Below are positions 31,473 to 44,245 of a stretch of 64,000 nt of DNA, piece after piece. How positions within the stretch are numbered: position 1 is the stretch's first letter; each line of letters opens with the position of its first letter. The position numbers and the translations under genes were made by a program. The notes below the pieces were generated by a model that was not told where the DNA came from, made no database searches, and saw nothing but the letters and a program-made list of their open reading frames with translations. The stretch is taken from the NCBI GenBank assembly GCA_054600435.1, contig BAAIJX010000054.1, positions 62,001-126,000 of the forward strand, written 5' to 3'. Source of the stretch: Neophaeotheca triangularis. Taxonomy: Eukaryota.

Positions 31473-33011
31473 ATGGGTCAAGCAACCTCCTACTTCCTGG
31501 TACCGGCTACAGGAGCTTTTTGTGTTGAGCCCACGAAAGATGGCCGAGCGGTGCAAACCAAAAACTTTGACGGCAGAGCCGAGCAGAGATTCGAAGTCGA
31601 ACCCGGCACTGGCGATAACATAGCTCTCAAGCACGTCGCCACGGGGAACTATCTGCACGCCTTGGGAGCCAACGATGCATCGGCCGTAGTCATCGGAGAT
31701 AAGCAGTGGTGGTCGTTGGAGCGAGGCAAAGCTCCCAACTCCGTCTGGATCAGGAACGAGAATGGCGCCTACTTGTGCAACTCGTATGGCAATCACAAAG
31801 CGAACAATACAATATACATGTGGCAGTCGAATCTGGTGAGCGAAGAGCACATTCTAATGAGACTTCTAAGTTGCTAAGCTGATTTGGAAAATAAGGACTA
31901 CTGGCGGCAAACCATGCTGTGGTATCTTCAAGACACCACCACGTGGGAACGCAACAAGGACACTCCGATGAATCTTGCAGCAGCAGCAGCAGATGCTGCG
32001 GGGGTCCCAGCTAATAAGGAGCACGAGGAAGCGCAGAAGCAGAAGGCTGCCAATTTGGAAGCTCGCGAGGAAAAGATCGCCAAATCTGAAACCGCTTCGA
32101 AGAAATCCGAGCAGAAACAAGCAGCCCTCGTGGCGAAAGAGGAAGAGATCGTGAAGCGCGCGCAGGAACTCGAAGTCCAGCGCAAAGCCTTTGCGGACCA
32201 GCAACAGCAGCAGCGAACCTCCGAGCAAGAAACCTCCCAACAAGCTCAAGACCTCGAAGCCCGGCAAAAAGCCTTCAAAGCCAAGCAAGAACAACTCGAA
32301 GCCCGAGAAAAGGCCTTGAGCGAAAGAGAGTCAAGGACCAAGAACGGCAAGCAAAACGGCAAGCAAAATGGCTCAACCCAAGTTGCAACCCTCCAGCAAC
32401 TCAACAAAGAGCTCCTCGAGCAACTCGAAGAAGCGCGGAGCCAACAGCATTCCGCCTCCGCTTCCGAAAAGCAAGTCAAAAAACTCCAAGCCCAGCTCGC
32501 CCAAGCGCGCGAACAACAGGAATTCGCCGCGGCGTACGAAGACCGCATCGAGCAGCTGGAAACCGAGCTTTCCACAGCTCGCGAGCAGTTGCGCGAAGCC
32601 CAACAACAAGCCCAAGCCCAAGCCCAAGCTCAATCCTCCCTACCCTCCCGCCAAAAGCCTTCCTCCACCGCTCCCCCACCCCACTCCTTCCCCTTCACTC
32701 GCTCCTCGACCCTCCGATCCGCGCCCCACAACCCCACCTCCTCCCCTAGCAACTCCCGCACCCCGCCCCCAGGCCTGCGAACCCCGGCCGACCGCGCTTC
32801 AGTAGGCACCCGCACAGCACCCCCGAACATGCGCACGGAAGAGCCACTGGGCAGTAACTCCAGTAGTAGCGGGCGAGGACGGCTGAAATTTAGCCAAGGG
32901 AGTCTTTTGAATCGACACTCGGGACCCGGGAGGAGAGAGTGGGAGGGTTGGGGGGAGGATGGGAGACTGATTGTGGGCAAGGAGTTTGGGTTTATGGAGA
33001 GGTTGATTTGA
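31473..33011 (+). CDS. Protein with N-terminal beta-trefoil-like (ricin-B/fascin-type) domain, long coiled coil and S/P-rich tail; 2 exons
   Basis: Exon 1: EQRFEVE..IALKHVATGNYL, QWWSLE..VWIRNENGAYL. The intron GTGAGC (31836) ends near 31896. Exon 2 is E/Q/K/A-rich with LEARE/LEARQ repeats. The fold assignment is inference. Confidence 0.75.
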
Positions 33012-33832
33012 AGCTTTTATGGGACTGGTGTGGAAGAGGGTTCTGCGAATGGCGCCAGGAGGACAGATGTTGGGCTCTGGTTTGGTTGTCGTGGGCCAGG
33101 ATCTGGAGAGAAGTTCTTAAGGGATTTGGGTCGCTTGCTGGATCAGCGGGCTGATGGGAGGGACCTGGATTCATCAGGCTTGTCTTGAAGAGCGTTGAGT
33201 ACCGTAAGCTGGTGCAGGCCCCAAGCTCACCGACAGCAGCGGGAGAAAACTCACGGTCTGGCCGACATGAACCAGCCGCTTGAACCCCGTCGAAGGCTGG
33301 ACACACGACGGAGGCCATTCAGGTCTTCGTCACAGCCTTCCACTCATCTCATGAATTACAAAATTGGTAATCGATAGGATCAAACCTGATGATACGTACA
33401 TACGCCTTTCGACTAAGCAAGGCTGCTTTGTGATATTATCTACAACGCCGCTCCTCACTCCAAACCCTGGCTTATGGCAGTCTGTCTCATGCAGCTAGCA
33501 AACCGTGCGTACGCAAGTGAATGGCCGGATCGCTCTGTTGCCAAAGGTCATCGCAGCTCCATCGAACCCAAAGCTGACGCCGCGAGGAACACCATGGAAG
33601 TGTAAGAGACCAGTAAGGTCTGATATTGCCACTGAGATGAACCTGTTTGGCTGATGTAGCGGCGATTCCAAGCAGCGAACTCGGCAGCCCCGTGCTACAT
33701 GGTAGTACAATTCGTCCAACCACCCGTCGGTCAGAAGAGCCCGACTTGACTGCTAGAAGCTCCATGGAATGCAGGCTAGGAAAAGGTAGAGTACGCTGGC
33801 AGAACGATAGATGCAAGGACCGCTCAAACGCT

Positions 33833-34927
33833 TCATCGGTTCTCGACAAGTTGCGGCAGAACAGGCTCCGGCTCGTACTGGTACTCGATCTTCGTCTTTG
33901 GGCCCTTTCCACCCTTCTTTCTCGGCTTGGGTGGAGGAGCGCTCGGTCGCTTGCGTTTAAGGCCATCGAGCTTCTTCGTGAGCGCGTCCTCGTTGTCGCC
34001 GTCCGACTCGCCCTCATCTTCATCGCTACCCTTTTCTTGATCGCCTTCGCTGGCATCTGCGCCATCCTCTTCGTCTTCGTCTTCATCCTCGTCGCCACCG
34101 CTTTCCCCACCGAACCAATCGTCAAAATCCTCCATCTCCCCGGCGCCATCCTCGTCGTCTGACTCTCCATCGAGGTCACTGACATACTCGACATCCTCCT
34201 CTTCGTCCGCCTGCCCTGGCTCCCTCTCATACTCATTTTCAACACCATCCTCCTCGATACCCTCATCCAAGTCATCGTCCCTAATCCCCTCCTGGCTGCG
34301 TTCCAGACCCCTCATTACCTTCTTCCACACCCCTTCCTCGACGTTCAATGGCCTGTCACCATAAGCACCACTCCTCAACCTCTCAACCAGCTCCCTTTCA
34401 ATCGCCCTCTCAATCTTCGCAGCAGCCTCGGCCTTGCGCTCCCTCGTCTCCTCCCGCCTCCTAACCTTGGGCGCCATCTTCGTAACCGTCTTCTCCCCCA
34501 ACCGCTCCTCCTCCTTTGCCAAGCGCTGCGCCCGCACCCTCACTTGCGTCAACCGCGTCAGGCGCTGCTTGCATTTATGCAGCAGAAACCTGGGCCAATA
34601 CACCAGCCTCTCATCGACCTGCTCCAGCGCTTTGGTGTAGTTTGAGCTCAGCCGTATTTTCTCCCACCACTTGTTCGGCAAGTGGCTGCGTTCCACGGTC
34701 TTGATGTAGAGGTAGAGGCGTTGGTTAGAAGGGTCGGCGCGAATGGTGGCATAGCGGCTGTTGGCGAGCGGGCAGGATTGGCGGTTGCAAAGGCCCGTGA
34801 CGTTGTGCTCATTGCGGCAGAAGTTTTGCTTGGTTGACTTTTGGTGTTGGCTATTGCCGGGGAGTTTGAGCTTGAAGGAACAAAATTGGTTGTTGATTAC
34901 GTCCCAGACGATTTCGTCCGAGGCCAT
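33833..34927 (-). CDS. MAK16: 60S ribosome biogenesis protein Mak16
   Basis: [80 protein letters not shown], acidic tail and IEYQYE. Confidence 0.97.
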   Translation of the reverse strand: MASDEIVWDVINNQFCSFKLKLPGNSQHQKSTKQNFCRNEHNVTGLCNRQSCPLANSRYATIRADPSNQRLYLYIKTVERSHLPNKWWEKIRLSSNYTKALEQVDERLVYWPRFLLHKCKQRLTRLTQVRVRAQRLAKEEERLGEKTVTKMAPKVRRREETRERKAEAAAKIERAIERELVERLRSGAYGDRPLNVEEGVWKKVMRGLERSQEGIRDDDLDEGIEEDGVENEYEREPGQADEEEDVEYVSDLDGESDDEDGAGEMEDFDDWFGGESGGDEDEDEDEEDGADASEGDQEKGSDEDEGESDGDNEDALTKKLDGLKRKRPSAPPPKPRKKGGKGPKTKIEYQYEPEPVLPQLVENR

Positions 34928-35277
34928 GATTGGTGGTAATTGGTCGCAAGGGCGACGTTTGTTACGTCGTCGTTATTCAATACTCTCCTGATGCTTTTGT
35001 GACCGAGCGCCTATCTCGTACTGCAGAGGTGGTGGTTTTATAAAAGTTAGCGTGGTCGTGATTGCGGACCTTCCAGCTTCTCCCGCAAAAAGCTCGAGAC
35101 AAAAAAGTAATCAGCTTGTGCCAAGATTTCGCGGCGTTTTGACGTTGCTAAACTCCGACTACTGAGACCGGAAGGTAAACCGAACACGTCGGCTCTCCCA
35201 AAGCGTACCTACAGTAGGTAACCTTTGGGACGTGACCTCGAAGAAACGCCGCTATTGACAACCCTCAAAACCACAAG

Positions 35278-36055
35278 ATGGCTTCAAGGTAAGCCTTCGC
35301 TGTACCCCGTCTCCCCTAGTCTCTATCCCGCCATCTAACGATCCCAACCCCACCAGATTCGGCAACCGCGACGCCCGCAGCGCCCTCTTCTCCTCCTACG
35401 ACGCGCAAACCCGCTCGCGCCCGACCTCAGCCTCGCCAGCTCCACGCAGTAATCTCTACAACAACTCTCCCGCCTCCAAACCCGCTCCCTACAGCACTTA
35501 CCACGCCAACAATAGCTCGCCTTACAGCCTGCACTCCCAGAGTGCCGACTCCTTCGCTCCTCAGCAGACGGGGGGCGGTTTCGCTGCTTATCCCGGTAGT
35601 GGCAGTGCGGAGGGTAGGAGTAGTGGGGAAGGGGGTTTTAGGAGCGCGACGCCGGATAAGAAGGGTCGGTACTCGGACGCTGTGCTTAATGAGTTGGAGA
35701 GTCAGAATGAGGATCAGGTTGGGGAAATGAGCAAGAAGGTTCGGATGTTGAAGGATGTGAGTGCCGTGTTTTTTGTCTTTGGTGCTAGCAGGCGGGTCTT
35801 GGGGTCTTGGGTATGGCTGAGCTTTTGCTGACGACGTTTGTGCAGATTACTGTTGCCATTGGAGATGAGATACGGGATAGTACTGCTTTCGCCGAGAAAA
35901 TGAACGAGGGCTTTGAGGGGACGCGGAATCGGTTACGGGGGACGATGAATCGGATGTTGAGGATGGCTGACAAGACGGGGATAGGGTGGAGGGTTTGGGC
36001 TGGCTTCTTCGTGTTTCTGATTGTGCTGTTTTGGTACATCAGGTTCTCTGGGTAG
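35278..36055 (+). CDS. BET1: ER-Golgi Qc-SNARE Bet1, 3 exons
   Basis: MASR|FGNRDARSALFSSY...FRSATPDKKGRYSDAVLNELESQNEDQVGEMSKKVRMLKD|ITVAIGDEIRDS...C-terminal TM; introns at about 35289-35357 and 35757-35845. Confidence 0.92.
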
Positions 36056-36734
36056 GGATGGGAACAAATTGCTTTACTGATCTGCTGCGTTCTAGGCGAG
36101 GCGCTGGATGGTTGGACATGGATTTTAATGCAAAGGGTTACCACAAAACAATCCCGATGTACAATGGGTAAGCGAGCAGCTTTGGCAGCCAAGAGTAACT
36201 TTTTGCTGCACGCCGAGGGCTTTAAGGGGGCCTGGAAATCAATGTGCGCGAGACAGGCTCGAGACGATATGCCCAACGATAAACCGCTGCCGAAAGGAAA
36301 CCTGCATTTCCGAATCGCTCGCCTCCAGTTTCTGCTTGTCCAAACACCTCAGGCAATGTCCGATTGCTCTACATGCCATTTGCTGGCGTTCGTAAAGCGA
36401 CCTTTTTCCGTCGCGATGTGCCAGGTAAATACAGCTCCGGAGAAAGTAGTGGGAGCGAGTGAATCATCGCCTGGAAGAGACAAGGAATGCCTCAATATCA
36501 TGCAAGAACGCAGCCCCGGCATGAAGACGCCCACCTCAATGGAATCCACACTTCTCGCGCTCGTGTGCGGACGTTCAAAACTTATACCCTTAGTAGTAGA
36601 CTCTCCGTCACCCGCACGGACTCTATCAAAAGACTGAGAAAGCTACAGCCAGCAAAGCCCACTGCTTGCTTCCTCAGCACAGGCCGAAAGAACAGTAAAA
36701 AAGGGGGGGGGGAAAAACATCTTTCAAAAAAAAA

Positions 36735-36811
36735 GATACAACAGGTGGGATTCCCACGTGGTCACCACCGTAGTACTAATCACCCGCTTCAGTGCTTGAA
36801 TATGGCAGAGC
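36735..36811 (-). pseudogene. 5'-truncated 5S rRNA copy (3' ~77 nt) followed by a poly(T) terminator
   Basis: The minus strand reads GCTCTGCCATATTCAAGCACTGAAGCGGGTGATTAGTACTACGGTGGTGACCACGTGGGAATCCCACCTGTTGTATC-TTTTT, matching the 3' two-thirds of fungal 5S rRNA. The upstream sequence lacks the ..CCCGTCC 5' part. Confidence 0.85.
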
Positions 36812-39800
36812 TCGCTTCGGGCGAGGATGATTTGGGTCATTTGTAACAGATTACAGAGATCTACTTCAAGATATCGGGAGCCGCGAGGGCAAATCACGTA
36901 GTGCATAGAGCAAGTAGGATTTGGGATCGCCGTGTTAAGAGACAACGTTTCTTAGTACTTGCTTTCGTTTCTTAGGTACTTGCTTTACTTGCGTCCATGA
37001 CATGCTTAAAATTACGGTTACCTACCTTGCCTTACATTACCGTGTATAGACCGTACTCCCCGTATTTTACCTGGGCAACGTTGTGTTACCACATGTTCTG
37101 GCTTTAGAACATGTGGCGGACTGCAAAAATCGCCTACAGCGATTTCGCCGGATTCCAGAGGACCACTGAGCTGTGGTCGTACCTGGAAGGTGCAACTGTA
37201 TTTTTGTTCATATACATCCTAAACAAGAAGGTGCGATCGAGGAGATGGCTAACAGCGTGGACATGTATCAACTAACTTAGCTCAAGATATACCGTGACTC
37301 TGTACGATGAGTACCAGGGTGTGCTTTTGGCCAATGGTGGTGAGCGTGCTGCTAACCAGACTGCGGCGGTGAAGCGCATTGGCGTTCGTCTTGCGCGTGT
37401 CCAGCGCTCCCCACATCGATCGTACACTGGCACGTCCCGCTCGCGCAAAGATGGCCGCAAGGGGAAACAGGCTGGCATTCCCACCAGCACCCAGGACTTT
37501 TGGGCCTGGTGCTCGCTTCTTCGGTGAAGCAGGAGGCTGCGATGGAGAGCCTGGCGAAGAGCGCCCGCACGATCGGATGTCCATCGCTTACCCGCAGTAT
37601 CATGGTCGTTTAGCAAGTATTGATGGCGGCTGCATGTGAAAAGCACTCTTTGTCAATAATTAAGATACTAGCGTAGCTACCAAGAATCATTGTCTTCCTT
37701 GAACAGTGATCGCTTTCCTATAAAGTTCCCTGCATAGAACAAGCCGGCATTGTAGCCAAAGACTGATTGACTAGACAAGACCGCGGATCACTTGAGCTGA
37801 CTGTGCGATGAGCCTCGACTGACTAGACAAACCCGGTGGAAAGGTGCATCTGCTCTTAGGACAAGGCGACAAACCCATTGTGGAGTGCAATGCCAGCTCC
37901 CGTAAGCATTAGCATTGGATCGTTAAGTCACAGCTTCAAGATGAATAGTCGTCTGACTGAGATGTTCGCGAACTGTACGACTTGCTTGAAGCGCTGTTCT
38001 TGATCCAATGTACATCAATTTCGGGACAGTGAGTTATTGACGTGCTATGTACCGATATTGAAGCTATGTATTTGTGACCACAGCTGACAATTGCCCCATC
38101 CTCCGCCAACACATCCTGAGTCTTCGTCCCATGCATTGTCCACGTCGCCACTTCGAAAGACGGCGTACCCCTTCCCACGTCCATCGAGCAGAACACCGCC
38201 CGATGCTTTCTCCGCGCGTGGTGAGTCCCCAGCTCTTGTCCCATGATGGCGTCAGTCGGGAACATTTCCAGGTTGTGACGCGGCAGAACGTGGGCCCATC
38301 GAGTCGAACATGAAGAGCGAGAGCCTCTAGCCCTTCCTTGCTCTAGGGCCCCAGGCTCGTCGAGAGCAGGTTGATGAGTTCGTGCTGGCTGCTAAGGCAT
38401 ATCGAAAAGAGGCTTGGAAGTCCCTGCTGCAGCGTTGTGGCGGTCAGGTGTGTGAAAACTGGCCGCGAGTGTAGACATAAGACCGAGCCCGTTCCGATGT
38501 GACATAGCGTAGCGTATGGAAGGCCGTCAGTACTTGGCGACTCGTGCGTGCTAGGCGCAGGTTGGCGAGGAAAGTGTACCAGCGGAGACCAAAGCGGCTT
38601 GTCGAAAGTACATCCCACTGATCTGCGACATCGCTAGCGTGCATACCGTTGCAAACATCACCGCCTCCTGTTTCATCCACGAATCTCGAATCAACGAGAG
38701 TGATTGAGGGCAGAGGCTGGGCGAGGTCCAAGGCGGTTGCTCGGGGGCGTTAGCAATGCTGTCGGATTTGTTCGTCTGGAGCTTGAGCCGCACCAGAAGC
38801 TTGAACAGCTTCGAGCCAGCAGCTTTCCATATTGCCGAATGCAGGACTCTGTGGTGGAATTGATGGGAGACAAGCGGCTTTGTCCTGGCTGGGACGGGTC
38901 TCCATCGTGATTCGTGGGCGGTCTGAAGGTGTTGCCCAGGGTCCATATGCAGTTGGTTGTTAAGAAAGCTTGAACGGTGGCTGAACTGCTTTCGCTTAGG
39001 ACGTTAGCGACGGCAGGGTATAGAGTGTCAAGTTCAAGTGATTGAAGCCTGACCGTGGCCAGCCTCATGTAAGTGATCTGTTGGGGGCCAGCAGTGTACT
39101 GAAGTCAATCGAGGATACCTGCCTGCTTGTTTATCTTGATCTCGGGCTAGCCAGCTGGTCCAATAATGCAGTCGCCATAAGATTCTTTCAGAATGTTTCG
39201 GGGCACCGGAAGCAATGCGATCAAGCGCATGGAGGAAGATTCGGTTTAGATGCGATATATGAGATTGACAAATAAGAAAGATCTACACCGACAACGTCAT
39301 GGTGAACACAAGACTATCCGTTGTCTTATAGCTGACTTAGCCTCTCTATGCCAGGGTTGTACTGCTTGCAATCGGTAAGAGAGCTCGAAGGGGCACTGTT
39401 ACGGTGCAGTGGCACTTGTGATTGCTCCCGCGTAGACCTCGGGCGCTGCGAAGCATTCCAGCGTCGCGGAGAGGGCCTTTTCGACACAAACGGACTATGG
39501 TCACGCTGCTAGATGCGTGTTCGTGCGGCATGTAGTTTTGTTGGTGAAGCTTTGAGTGGCCAGTTCACCCGTCGGGATGGCTTCAAGGGAGCTCGCTTCG
39601 TTGGAGCTTTTTTGGTGCTAAGAGAGCCCATGGCAAATTCGCAGCATACGATGCTAGGAGCACGAAAGTCATCGACTGACGAAGTTGTGAGCAGTATGTT
39701 GTCTACGGCGACGATGCGATGATCTTGAGAGCAGGTGAGGTTCCATTTGGGGCCGCGGAAGCAGCCGCTTCGGCATCGCCTTGGAGCTTGGTCTAGCCGC

Positions 39801-40687
39801 TTTTTGCGGAGTGGCTTGCCGGGAGACCGCTGGCTCCCATATCACAACTGGCATACCACCCACTCGATACGACGTAACACGGCCTGTTGTCCATACGTGT
39901 GCCTTTAATGGCTCATGGCGAGATCTCTGTCTAGTCTGATGAGTTTGCCGTCGTTATCCGTAACAGCGGATGGACACGAAGACCAAGCCCGAGTGCATCC
40001 GCCGAGCAGCCGACGACTGTCACCTTCAAAAGAGAGTTTGACTGCCTCACCTCTCGCATGATCCAGCTCGCCGAGACGAATATCGCCAATCGCCGTCAGG
40101 TTCAATCGCTCGTGTTCAGGCTTCAGGAGCGCACTAGTAATGATCTTTCCCTGACTGAACTTAACGGCCTCGTCAAGAAGGGGGCGAGCCGACTGCGCAA
40201 CCTACATTGCCCCCCTTTCTGAAGTTCCCCAGCCCACCATGCAACCCCTCGTCGCCGCAACTCTCGCCGCCCAACACCGGAGGCAGACGCAAGGCGTTCT
40301 GGAAAACCCGCTGTAAGCAAAAGGACATACCCGAGAGCGTTTACGCCACCTTCAAGCCAACTACGTGTGTCATGGCCAGCTTGAGCGCCAGCGGAGCCCT
40401 CGCGAATGTGGTCACCAGCAGGTTCACAACCTTGGCTGATGGCATCTACGTCCACGATGTCATGGGTCGGTCAGAAAAAAGGCGCGTACTCAAAGTCCAT
40501 CATGACATTCAGCTTTTCGCACAAAGCCAGCTAAAGCCCACGCCAAAGCTGCCGGGAAACAAGTTCAGATTCTTCTATACGTATTGGTAGCGACAGTTCG
40601 GCAACGATGCTGCAAGGCTTATCCCTAGTATCGAGGGTCTGTTGGTCGACGGAGAGAGCGATCGCAACCGCAACAAGCTGAGGTAGT

Positions 40688-40915
40688 CCTTTGAATCCGT
40701 GCCCGGTTATACCAAGTCCTCTATAAAACATTAGCGTCTACTTAACATTGTTTAACGCTGCTAAATCTACCGCTCTCTAATAGCTAGAACATAGACCCGA
40801 TAATAGCCCGCCTCCTAAAACCAAAATCAGACCGATGTTTATAAAGATGACACTGTCCGATATTAGTCGACGTCTAAATCCAGGAAAGGGACATGAGATT
40901 CTCACATTGCTGAAA
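40688..40915 (-). pseudogene. Degenerate duplicate of an internal segment (43298-43537) of the neighbouring amino-acid permease; weaker similarity may extend over about 39900-41450
   Basis: Shared collinear blocks: cctttgaa.ccgt, taccaagtcctct, ttagcgtctact, accaaaat.agaccgatg, ataaagatga and ctcacattgctga, covering two introns and a micro-exon. Confidence 0.85.
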
Positions 40916-42173
40916 GAAACGCGCCAACCTCAAATATGAGCGGAGCGCTGGCAGCGGTAGTTCGCGAAAGATGCTGATAGGCTTAGCGGGAGTCCTCTCG
41001 TTTGCCTTGTCCTCCCTCCCTTCGTGCCTCCTCGCCCCTTGGTTCCAATATATGGGCGGTAGAGGCGTCACGCTAGAAATAAACGAGACCAGCCAGGAAT
41101 CGAATCCGACTCTCGTTCCGCTATGGCTATAGGCTCAACAACCGCGAGACTACCCCTGTTCGCTTCAAGGAGCGCCCCATCACGGATATTCCTACGTGTG
41201 TTTTCACCAACCTCACAAAATACAGAGATGAAGTCGAGACCGTCCGACGCGTCCGACGCGCCAGAGCTTGGAGCCTCGGTCTCGGTTTGAACTTCGTCCG
41301 TTCGGACCAGCGTGCGAAGAAAGTTTGCAGTCTCGCTCTGAATGTCGTAAGTGAAGAAATTTTGAGTCCCGAATCATGGCTCGAGATCCAGCCGGGGCCG
41401 ACTGTGATGACTCCGCGGGACGAGATTCTGGCGGTCAAAGTAAAGTATCTGGCACCTCAGCTGTTGAACCTTTTCCCTCGGCACGATGGCGCGCGTAGAA
41501 ATAGGACATCCCGCGTGAAGCAGCCCTCAGTGGCCGAGTTCGAGGGCCGTCTGATGCGACGCTGCGGATGTCAGACCAACCCAGCAGGACTCAGGAGGAG
41601 GACAAGTCAGGACTTTGCCGTTTACCCTGAGCGATATCAAGCAAGAATGGCGCCCGGACCCCCAACATCTGGGTGCTCGCGGCTACTGATCTTGCCTCTA
41701 TCTTTGATCTAAGTCGTCACTTTCGGTGAGTCGTGTGGTGGTGTCCTGGTCAAGGAACGAACGATACGCCGCCCGCCTACGGTGTACGTATGTCGTGCCA
41801 AGCTTTCGGCTAGGGTTCGGGTTTGGGTCCCTGGCCACCCTAGCTCCTGAAACGACACAGGATAAGTACAAAACCATTTCCAACGCAATTCCCATATAGC
41901 AGTACCTACTCATGAAAGGAGCATGCTTGTCAATCGGGAAATAGGGGCCGACAGTTTGTTGGATGTCATTCTCTGCCGTCTAACAGTCCACTTTTCGCTA
42001 CGCAGAGCGTGCCTTGGCAACTACATGTTGTCCTTCGTGAGGACAGTGGGGTCTGACGCAGTACTGCTGATGGTCGCCGCGGAGGGGAGAGGAGTAGGTA
42101 TTCATGTGACGATCGCTCTGCAATTTCAAGAAGCACGCTTCTTCTAGATACTGTCCACTTCATATCAAATCTA

Positions 42174-44245
42174 TTAGAACAAGAAGTAGTAGATCTTCTT
42201 GAAAAACGGAGCATTTCTGCGCTTCTCCTTTTCTGCTGCATGCTCCTCCCAATCCACGGGCCTCCTCAAGGAATCAAGGTCCTACAATCCAAAGGTTAGT
42301 TGATGATCGGACGGGTACGACACGGGGTGGATTGAACTTACGATTTGATCAGTACGGAGCCAACCAGCCTTCTTCCAGAAGTAACCAGTAACCCAGAAGA
42401 TTAGGATGACGGGCAATGCAAGGTATCTAGGATCAACAATTAGTAAACGGAGACGCTCGCGACAGTGTACAAAAGACTTACGCCAGGAAGAATGCTTCCA
42501 CCCGTTCTCCTGATGACATCTCCTCATAGCCGATCGGAGCTACAGCAACGAAGAACTGAGCTGCCAGGGCGATGAAGATGATGAACAAAGCAACCCAAGA
42601 GCCCCACACTCCACCGACAGCCTTGAAAGGTATGTCATCCAGCGAACGACCCCGTTGCTTCCAGGCCTTTCGGAATCGAATGTGTGCAAACGAGATGGAA
42701 CCCCAGGTGAATAGCGTGGCAAGCCCAGATAGAGCAAGGAGCCAGTCAAAGATGACCGAGCCTTGCTCGGAGACGTCGATGTAACACAGGCAACCCAACG
42801 CTAGGATAACGGCGGTGCTGGGGAGGGGACGGCCGGCCTTGTCGACATAACTGAAGATTTTTGGTGCGTAACCTTGGTCGGCCAAAGCGGTGAGGGTTCG
42901 GGAGCCGCCGTAGACGCCGGAGTTTCCGATGGAGAGCACTGAGTTGGACGGGTGGTTAGCGTCAAGTCAACACGGTGGGTTTGAGGGAGATTCAGTACCT
43001 GAAACCAAAATGACCACGTTCATGAAGGAGTCGAAACCGATTAGGCCTGCATTTCGGCTGGCAATGACGAAGGGCGAAGTATCGGCATATCCTTCACCAA
43101 AAAGGTCTTGGTCATCGCTGCGAACCAGCAAGCCGACAAAGAGGAGCGCCAGGATGTAGAACAGCGTGATACGCCAGAAGACCTGCTTGACGGCTGAGGG
43201 CAAAGTTTTGAGGGGATTCTTTGTTTCCGCGGCGGCCAGACCAACGAGCTCAGTTCCCGCAAAGGAGAAAGCGGCCGTGACAAAGACGGAGCAAAAACCT
43301 TTGAAACCGTTCTGGAACGCGCCTGGGTCGTACCAAGTCCTCTGTAAGTTGTTAGCGTCTACTCAACACTGTTAAAGGCTGCTAAGCGTACCGCTCCCCA
43401 ATAAGACGAGTATTGGCCCCCGGATGGTCCTCCTCCCAAGACCAAAATTAGACCGATGATCATAAAGATGATGCTTTCTAATGTTAGTTGACGTCCAAAT
43501 TCGGAAAAGGGACAGGAAAGTTTCTCACATTGCTGAGAGCTTAAGGAACGAACTCCAGAATTCTTCCTCGCCGTAGCCAAGAACACCGAAGATGTTGATG
43601 ACGATGATGGCCAACAGGAAGATTGTCATCCAGACGGCATCCGGCACATCGTTGTCCCAGTAATTCAATGTCTACCGGTCTTAGCATCCTTTTCCACATC
43701 GGGGACTCTTCTCAACTTACGACTGCGGCGATGGAAATTTCCAGAGGCAGAATGACGGCCCATTGAAGAACATAATTCCAACCCATGGCGAAGCCCCAAG
43801 ACGGATCGATGAAGCGGTAGCTGTAGGCGTAGAAACCACCGGTGTTCTTGAACATCAAGGCCAATTCACCCAAAGCGAAGACGACGTTGAAGATCATAAC
43901 ACCAATGATAGCAAAGGTGATGAGGAGTGAAGCCGGTCCACCGGTGGCGAGCGCGCGACCGGAACCAACAAAGAGACCAGCACCAATACTGCCTCCAATG
44001 GCAATCATGTGGAGATGGCGTCCTTTCAAGGTCTGGTTCAGCTGAGCGTCTTTGTCGGCCTGCGAGCGCGGCTTGAAGGATTCGGGCGTGCAGCCCATCC
44101 TCGTCCAGAAGCTGAGCTGGGAGTACTCAGAAGACTCCGCGGCGAACTGATCATCGCTGCTGGCGTAGGCTGGCGGGGTGCCATTGGGACCGGTGGAGGT
44201 AATGCCCTTCTCGGCATCCATGTCCTCGAACATTGGTTTGGCCAT
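42174..44245 (-). CDS. Amino-acid permease, YAT/APC family (Gap1-like), multi-exon
   Basis: LKGRHLHMIAIGGSIGAGLFVGSG, RFIDPSWGFAMGWNY, GFKGFCSVFVTAAFSFAGTELVGLAAAE, KQVFWRI, SPFVIA and HIRFRKAW; ends KKIYYFLF*. Confidence 0.95.

Noticed and set aside
41808..41830. ctagggttcgggtttggg telomere-like hexamers
   Set aside because: Only three degenerate units, which is compatible with chance.
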